Part shown: positions 16,412 through 21,664 of the stretch, piece by piece | How positions within the stretch are numbered: the stretch's first letter is position 1 | How the letters are laid out: every line of letters starts with the position of its first letter | Assembly: GCA_038243585.1 (NCBI GenBank) | Contig: JBBSQY010000052.1 | Location: 1 to 21,664, forward strand | DNA from: Candidatus Sumerlaeales bacterium | Lineage (GTDB): Bacteria > Sumerlaeota > Sumerlaeia > Sumerlaeales > Sumerlaeaceae | Reading direction: 5' to 3' | Length of the DNA: 21,664 nucleotides | Program-made: the position numbers and the translations under genes | Notes under the pieces: generated by a model | The model's input: the letters and a program-made list of their open reading frames with translations, nothing else | Databases searched by the model: none | Told to the model about the DNA's origin: nothing

Positions 16412-17077
16412 TTGAGCACATCATTACAAAGTGTCGAGAGAGCCTTTACCCTGATCGAGCTTCTCATTGTAGTAGCCATCATTGCCATCTTGGCCGCAAT
16501 AGCGGTACCTAATTTCCTGGAAGCGCAAACCCGTGCAAAGCTTTCCAGAAACAAGGCAGATATACGCACCCTGATCACGGCGACGGAAACTTATCATGTG
16601 GATTACGGCAAGTATCCTATTCCCAGCAACGCTGACGGAAGTTTAATGAGTAATCCGTTTGGCTCGGCGGAAGACTGGTTTGAAACCAAAACGGCAATTT
16701 CGCTGACAACGCCAATCGCCTATATCAATCGAAGGGTGGGTGATGTGTTTGCAGCGAGCGGGACGGAAGAAGCAAAAAACTTCCACTACACATCCAGCAC
16801 GTACCTGGATATCCGCCAAAACGGAGACCCTGCTGAAAACTGGAGTGCCATTTTCCAAAACTACTACCGGGAACTTAAAGGCATTGATCCGCCCAGCATC
16901 ATCCAATATTACTATCTCGGCTTCGGCCCTGATAAAATACACAATATCGATGAGCCGCACACCGGCCCGGTAACCGAGCCTCACGAGCATTCCGAAGGGG
17001 CAATTTATGATCCGACGAATGGGACATTATCCAGCGGCGACGTGCATTACATTGGACCGGGAATCGGCTTTCTTTAA
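16412..17077 (+). CDS. Prepilin-type N-terminal cleavage/methylation domain protein (paralogue of 13241-13813)
   Basis: GGAG RBS and TTG start; ERA|FTLIELLIVVAIIAILAAIAVPNFLEAQTRAK; LTTPIAY, GPD, YDPTNGTLSSGDV. Confidence 0.92.
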   Translation: MSTSLQSVERAFTLIELLIVVAIIAILAAIAVPNFLEAQTRAKLSRNKADIRTLITATETYHVDYGKYPIPSNADGSLMSNPFGSAEDWFETKTAISLTTPIAYINRRVGDVFAASGTEEAKNFHYTSSTYLDIRQNGDPAENWSAIFQNYYRELKGIDPPSIIQYYYLGFGPDKIHNIDEPHTGPVTEPHEHSEGAIYDPTNGTLSSGDVHYIGPGIGFL

Positions 17078-17080
17078 TCG

Positions 17081-17099
17081 GAGGCAGGGTTGGTGCCTC
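17081..17099. terminator. Hairpin between convergent genes
   Basis: GAGGCA-N7-TGCCTC in the 29-nt gap between two stop codons. Confidence 0.35.
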
Positions 17100-17106
17100 G
17101 CCCACG

Positions 17107-18552
17107 TCAGTTGGCTGAGGCCGTCTCCTGGTAGTCACCGTCGGTGTTTACCGCCCAGATGTCGTGGCCGGTTTTCTGGAGAAGGTTTTCAACACCAAGC
17201 ATTGCGGTCACCATGCTATGGTCCTGGTTATTGTATTTGTGCAGGCCGTTGCGGCCAAGCTGCTGCAGATTTTCAAAGCTGTCCAGCCACTCCCGGATCA
17301 CCGCGATGTTGTCCGCAAAGTTTTCATCGTACATAGGATAGGCTTTTTTGACCCGCACGACGAAGCCGCTTATCGCTTTCGCATCTCGCGCAAGACCCAG
17401 TCGCGCCAGTTCATCCCGGGCCAGTTCGATCATGGCGTCGTCATCCATGTTCCAAAGGTCGTCGCCCTCGAAGCAAAAATATTCCATGCCGATCCCCGTG
17501 TGTTCAGCGTCGGGAACCAGGTCGCGGCTCCAGTTGCGAAAGTTCTGGATTCGTCCCACCTTCACCTCCGGAGAATGCACATAGATCCAGTTATCCGGAA
17601 ACAGGTTGCCGCCGCTCAGCACCAGATTCACCGTGATGAAATCCCGATAGCGCAGCGCCCGCGCCGCCGCCAGCACATCCTCCGGCGGTGGGGGATTCAT
17701 GCGCGATAGCATCGTGCGCAACGGCATCGTGCTAAAATAATGCTCACCGACGGCCTCCTCAAGGTCGCCGCCGTCGTCGTCTGCCGCCGCGTGCATCACC
17801 CGCAGGATCCGTCCCGCCCCGTCGTGATCAATGCGCCATACTTCCCGGCCAGGCATGACCCGGCTGCCGCCCTGTTGAATCTCGTCAGCCATGCGCTCCC
17901 ACAGCATGCCGGGTCCCAGGCGCGGGTAGTCAAATTTATCAATCAGGCTTTTGACTTTGCCGCCCCGGTCGCCAAAGAACGCGCTTTTTACCGCCTGCAT
18001 AAGGCACAGCCCCTTGATGCGCTGCGCGGCCCAGTCGGATCGGATTTCGGCGCAGGGGATGCCCCATACTTTCTCAGTGTAAGTCTTGAAAAAGACACGA
18101 TAAAGTCGGTCGCCAAAACGGTTGCTGACATACTGTTCAAAAAAATCTTCCCTCGGCAACGGACGCACCTGACGCCACAGATAGCTGGAAAGCACAAGGG
18201 CGCTGTTGCCGATTCCAAGGCCCCAAAAAGCGTTCCATGGTCGCAGCGGATAATGAAAAAACCTGCCTTTATAATGGATACGGCTCAGGCGCGGCACACT
18301 GATAAAATCACTGCCTAGCAGGTCCCGCCACAATCTCTCCACCCGCTCTACTTTCGTAAAGAACCGGTGTCCGCCGATATCAAAACCGCAGCCTTTGTGC
18401 CATAGAGTGCGAGCCAGACCGCCCACCTGATCGCCGCGTTCGATAATGATGCAGCGGCGATCCGCCTTCATCAGTTCATATCCGGCGGTGAGTCCCGCCG
18501 GGCCGGCGCCGATAATGACAACCTGCTGGTGTTCTTTAGTTGCGGCGTTCAG
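17107..18552 (-). CDS. FAD-dependent oxidoreductase (protoporphyrinogen oxidase/UDP-galactopyranose mutase-like)
   Basis: GGLART..FDIGGHRFFTK, YTEKVWG, AYPMYD, GRNGLHKYNNQDHSM. The Rossmann motif VVIIGAGPAGLTAG lies in frame upstream of ATG18471, so the start is placed at CTG18552. Confidence 0.88.
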   Translation of the reverse strand: MNAATKEHQQVVIIGAGPAGLTAGYELMKADRRCIIIERGDQVGGLARTLWHKGCGFDIGGHRFFTKVERVERLWRDLLGSDFISVPRLSRIHYKGRFFHYPLRPWNAFWGLGIGNSALVLSSYLWRQVRPLPREDFFEQYVSNRFGDRLYRVFFKTYTEKVWGIPCAEIRSDWAAQRIKGLCLMQAVKSAFFGDRGGKVKSLIDKFDYPRLGPGMLWERMADEIQQGGSRVMPGREVWRIDHDGAGRILRVMHAAADDDGGDLEEAVGEHYFSTMPLRTMLSRMNPPPPEDVLAAARALRYRDFITVNLVLSGGNLFPDNWIYVHSPEVKVGRIQNFRNWSRDLVPDAEHTGIGMEYFCFEGDDLWNMDDDAMIELARDELARLGLARDAKAISGFVVRVKKAYPMYDENFADNIAVIREWLDSFENLQQLGRNGLHKYNNQDHSMVTAMLGVENLLQKTGHDIWAVNTDGDYQETASAN

Positions 18553-19250
18553 TCTATTAAACCCATTTCTCCCAGGGTCTGAATGGCACGGTCAAAATCC
18601 CGCGCTTCGGCCAGGTCGAACCAGTAGCCGGTCACTTCATACGGACGCACGGCTATGCCGCTTTCCAGCAGCCGCGCGATGAGGTCGGTCATGTCAGAGG
18701 GCTGGTCTGCCGGCACCTGCCGCACCGAATCCGGAGACAGCGCGTAGATGCCGGCGTTGCATACATAGCTGTGGACAGGCTTTTCCTGCACCCCGGTCAC
18801 GTTTCCATTATCCAGATGCAACACACCATCGGGGAGCGTCAGCGTTTCCGTACGCACCGCCACCGTAAGTCCGGCATTGCTGGCCACGTGCTTGTCAAGA
18901 AGGTCACGGTAGTTTAGATCACAAAGCAAATCTCCGTTAGTGACAAGGAACGGCTCTTCCCGTAATTTCGGCAGATGCGCCAGACAACCGGCAGTCCCCA
19001 GCTTTTCCTTTTCCTGGTAATAGGTAATCCGCACGCCAAACCGTTTTCCGTCCTGGAAATAAGCCCGGATGAGGTCCGCCGCATAACCCAGCGACATGAT
19101 GATTTCTGTAAAGCCATGGTCGGCGAGGCGCTCAATGATCAATTGCGCCACCGGCTTTCGTCCGATGGGCAATAGCGGCTTCGGGATCGTATGGGTAAAC
19201 GGGCGCAGGCGCGTGCCTTCTCCCCCCGCCATGATGACAGCTCGACTCAT
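18549..19250 (-). CDS. Sugar-phosphate nucleotidyltransferase
   Basis: AVIMAGGEGTRLRPFTHTIPKPLLPI, EKLGTAG, FLVTNGD, EKP, NAGIY, YWFD. Confidence 0.93.
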   Translation of the reverse strand: MSRAVIMAGGEGTRLRPFTHTIPKPLLPIGRKPVAQLIIERLADHGFTEIIMSLGYAADLIRAYFQDGKRFGVRITYYQEKEKLGTAGCLAHLPKLREEPFLVTNGDLLCDLNYRDLLDKHVASNAGLTVAVRTETLTLPDGVLHLDNGNVTGVQEKPVHSYVCNAGIYALSPDSVRQVPADQPSDMTDLIARLLESGIAVRPYEVTGYWFDLAEARDFDRAIQTLGEMGLID

Positions 19251-19256
19251 ATGCCC

Positions 19257-20258
19257 TTAGACCGCGTACTGCTCGGGACGATAGCCCCGCAGATTTCGCC
19301 CGATCCACTCGATGGTCTGGCGCAGGCCATCGTCCAGAGGCACTCGCGGCTCCCATCCGAGGTCAACTCTGGCGTTCGACGCATCACAAATCAGGCGGTT
19401 CACTTCGCTGGCCGTCGGACGTATGCGCGATGGATCAAACACCACCTGCACCTTGCGCCCCGTCAGCGGAATAATCCGATCAGCCAATTGACCGATGCTG
19501 ATTTCCCGTCCGCTGCCTACGTGAAATGTGCGCCCTTCGATGCCGGGCGTTTCTGCAATGCGAATGAACGCGTCGACCGTGTCGCCGACAAAATTAAAAT
19601 CCCGCGTTGGATGCTGCGCACCCAGAAAAACTTTATCCTGCGTGAGCGCCTGGGTGATGATTGTGGGGATGATGGCGCGGGCGCTCTGGCGCGGCCCATA
19701 GGTGTTAAACGGACGTAGCGTAACCGCAGGAACGCCGAATGACAGATGATAACTCTGCACCAGTTTATCTCCTGCGATTTTGCTGGCGGCATATGGAGAC
19801 TGCGCCTCCTGCGGATGCGATTCCGTAATAAAATCCTGCTGGGCCGTTCCGTAAACTTCACTGCTGCTGGTGTTTATCAGGCGAGAAATTTTGCGGTGTC
19901 GACACCATTCCAAAAGGTTTAAAGTGCCGCGAAAATTGTTATCAGCCACCAGGTATGGCTGACGATAGCTGAACGGAATTGCTATGATCGCCGCCAAGTG
20001 AAACACAATTTCGCAGTCGGCATCAACGGTTTCCAGCGCCGACGGATCACACAGGTCGCCAAACAGACAGGTGACTTTCTCTCGCGCCGGTAGCGGCAGC
20101 ATTTCCAACAAGCCGCGCGTGCCGGCGGAGCTATACCGCACAAACGCCGTCACATCCGCGCCCAGTTCCACCAGTCGTTCCACCAGGTGACTGCCGATAA
20201 AACCGCCCGCTCCCGTCACCAGCACTTTGCGTCCCTGCCAGCCTTTTTCCATTGTCAT
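19257..20258 (-). CDS. NAD-dependent nucleotide-sugar 4,6-dehydratase/epimerase (LegB-like SDR)
   Basis: VTGAGGFIGSHL, LAAIIAIPFSY, SSSEVYG, QSPYAASK (YxxxK), RPFNTYGPRQSARAIIPTII. Confidence 0.92.
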   Translation of the reverse strand: MTMEKGWQGRKVLVTGAGGFIGSHLVERLVELGADVTAFVRYSSAGTRGLLEMLPLPAREKVTCLFGDLCDPSALETVDADCEIVFHLAAIIAIPFSYRQPYLVADNNFRGTLNLLEWCRHRKISRLINTSSSEVYGTAQQDFITESHPQEAQSPYAASKIAGDKLVQSYHLSFGVPAVTLRPFNTYGPRQSARAIIPTIITQALTQDKVFLGAQHPTRDFNFVGDTVDAFIRIAETPGIEGRTFHVGSGREISIGQLADRIIPLTGRKVQVVFDPSRIRPTASEVNRLICDASNARVDLGWEPRVPLDDGLRQTIEWIGRNLRGYRPEQYAV

Positions 20259-21664
20259 TGCGCCTGATCCTTTACCCGTATCCGATACAGCACGGTCGTA
20301 GTCTCCGTGTCAAATAAACCGCGATTGGTGACGTTCACCGCGTCAACCGCCTCCACTGCATACGTCTGCTCCAGAACCGACAAAACCGCGCCATCATTAA
20401 TGCTGGTGAAAATAGGGTGACGAGCTATATTTGCATCGATAATCCCGTTGCGCAGCTGCCCTGCATACTCGGCCGCACTTCGCGCCACTGCCGGAGCCAG
20501 CTCAATCTGGTAGTCGCCAATCTGCTCCGCCGTAAAAAACGTTTTATACCACGGCATATATACGAAGTTACCAGCGAAGTTAAGCACGTCCGTCCGATCT
20601 CCCCGCACCTTTTGCCGATACCACGTCGTAAAAGTTTCCGCGTCGTCATCCGTAATCAAGATACTGTTCAGCGGCATGACTTCCGTCGTTTCCGGCAAGA
20701 TAACTGACGACAGGAGTTCTGCGGAAATATCGTCGCTGCGGTCGCTCCGCTCCCAATTGGATGCCACCACGCCCAGGGGCAACAGGAGCAGCACATAACC
20801 GGCCACTAAACGGCCGTCGGCAGACATGCGTCGAGCTACCCACGCGCCAAGGACGAACACTCCTACCCAGCCTGCCCATAATGGATAAAGAAAATAATCC
20901 CGTATATCCACGATGTTATAGACATAAAGGATCATCAAGTTTTGAACGGCAACGGCCGCCGCCACAAACGCAATCCTGCGATGGCCGGAAATCCACACAC
21001 GCGTTGCGCCCCAAACGGCCAGCCCGGCAAGGGCAAGGCCGACCAGCACAACAAGCCCCGACGACGTCACAAAAACCTTCTGTCCCCCCGGCGGTGCGAC
21101 AATGTTTTCCCGAACAGGAACGAACTGTCCCGCAAAGTCGGAAAGCAACTGGGTCGTTTGCAGCCGCATGAACAGCGCCATGGATTCCGCCGAAAAAGAT
21201 TGGTCCATTGAGGGTTTCAGCAGACCACGGTCCAGGTATTCCGTGCCACGAACATGGTGGTAGAATCGGGAAAAACTGGTTGGATTTCCCCAGTTTACCG
21301 GCGGATCAGTAGCGGCCCGCAGCGGCAGGTAAGCATAAAGCGACACCCCTGCGGCCAGTATAAGAAGTAGCACAGGCGTCCTGCCTGCGTAGCCGTTCGG
21401 TTCTCTACTTTTTTTTGCGCTCCACCGGGTCCACGCCCATACCGCCGCCCAGGGCAGTAGCAACGTGACAGACAACCGGTGATGCGCCAGCGCCAGCGCC
21501 AGGAAAACTGTCGCCCACACCAGGCATCGCCGCCGCGATCTGCCCTCCGCAAAATCCATTTTTTGAACCGTCCGGGTAAACGCAACCGTCAGAAAAAACT
21601 GGAGCGCGTAAACCTCTGTCACAACGGCGCTGCTCCAGTGAAACCGCAAAAACGCCGCCGTCAA
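20255..21664 (-). CDS. DUF2723/TMEM260-like GT-C membrane protein (5' truncated by the window edge)
   Basis: WSSAVVTEVYAL, LALAHH, YAYLPLRAATDPPVNWGNP..FYHHVRG; many TM helices followed by a soluble domain (RGDRTDV). ATGA overlap with the next gene. Confidence 0.82.
   Translation of the reverse strand: MTAAFLRFHWSSAVVTEVYALQFFLTVAFTRTVQKMDFAEGRSRRRCLVWATVFLALALAHHRLSVTLLLPWAAVWAWTRWSAKKSREPNGYAGRTPVLLLILAAGVSLYAYLPLRAATDPPVNWGNPTSFSRFYHHVRGTEYLDRGLLKPSMDQSFSAESMALFMRLQTTQLLSDFAGQFVPVRENIVAPPGGQKVFVTSSGLVVLVGLALAGLAVWGATRVWISGHRRIAFVAAAVAVQNLMILYVYNIVDIRDYFLYPLWAGWVGVFVLGAWVARRMSADGRLVAGYVLLLLPLGVVASNWERSDRSDDISAELLSSVILPETTEVMPLNSILITDDDAETFTTWYRQKVRGDRTDVLNFAGNFVYMPWYKTFFTAEQIGDYQIELAPAVARSAAEYAGQLRNGIIDANIARHPIFTSINDGAVLSVLEQTYAVEAVDAVNVTNRGLFDTETTTVLYRIRVKDQAQ

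Noticed and set aside
18549..20258. Legionaminic acid biosynthesis cluster
   Set aside because: A LegB-like dehydratase and a nucleotidyltransferase are present, but no aminotransferase, NeuB synthase, NeuC or CMP-transferase is in the window.
1851..21585. Numerous antisense or alternate-frame ORFs (e.g. 6504-7193, 15689-16288, 17740-18318)
   Set aside because: They are shadows of well-supported GC-rich genes, with no motifs or RBS of their own.

Overview
Bacterial chromosomal window of mixed housekeeping and accessory genes. Two prepilin-like paralogues (FTLIELLIVVAIIAILAAxAVPNFLEA...YDPTNGTxSxGD) and a V-x-x-W-x-L-Y C-terminal tail suggest Candidatus Sumerlaeota (BRC1) or a relative; this is inference from family recognition, not a search. 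From left to right: the tail of a polymorphic-toxin (RHS) locus (probable toxin C-terminus, immunity-like gene, orphan YD-repeat fragment, short junction repeats); a secreted heparinase II/III-family lyase carrying a GTAG-REP element in-frame; a lone sugar ABC permease; a kinase-less 3xPASTA membrane protein; an alpha/beta hydrolase; a sulfatase; DedA; two decayed genes; a Phd/YefM-VapC toxin-antitoxin pair; a VOC protein; pilin 1; a NifU-C protein; a lone sdhC; an RfbE-like epimerase; pilin 2; and a convergent glycosylation operon (DUF2723/TMEM260-like membrane transferase, LegB-like dehydratase, nucleotidyltransferase, and a UGM-like flavoprotein whose FAD motif needs a non-canonical CTG start or a -1 frameshift). 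No rRNA, tRNA, CRISPR array or transposase was seen.
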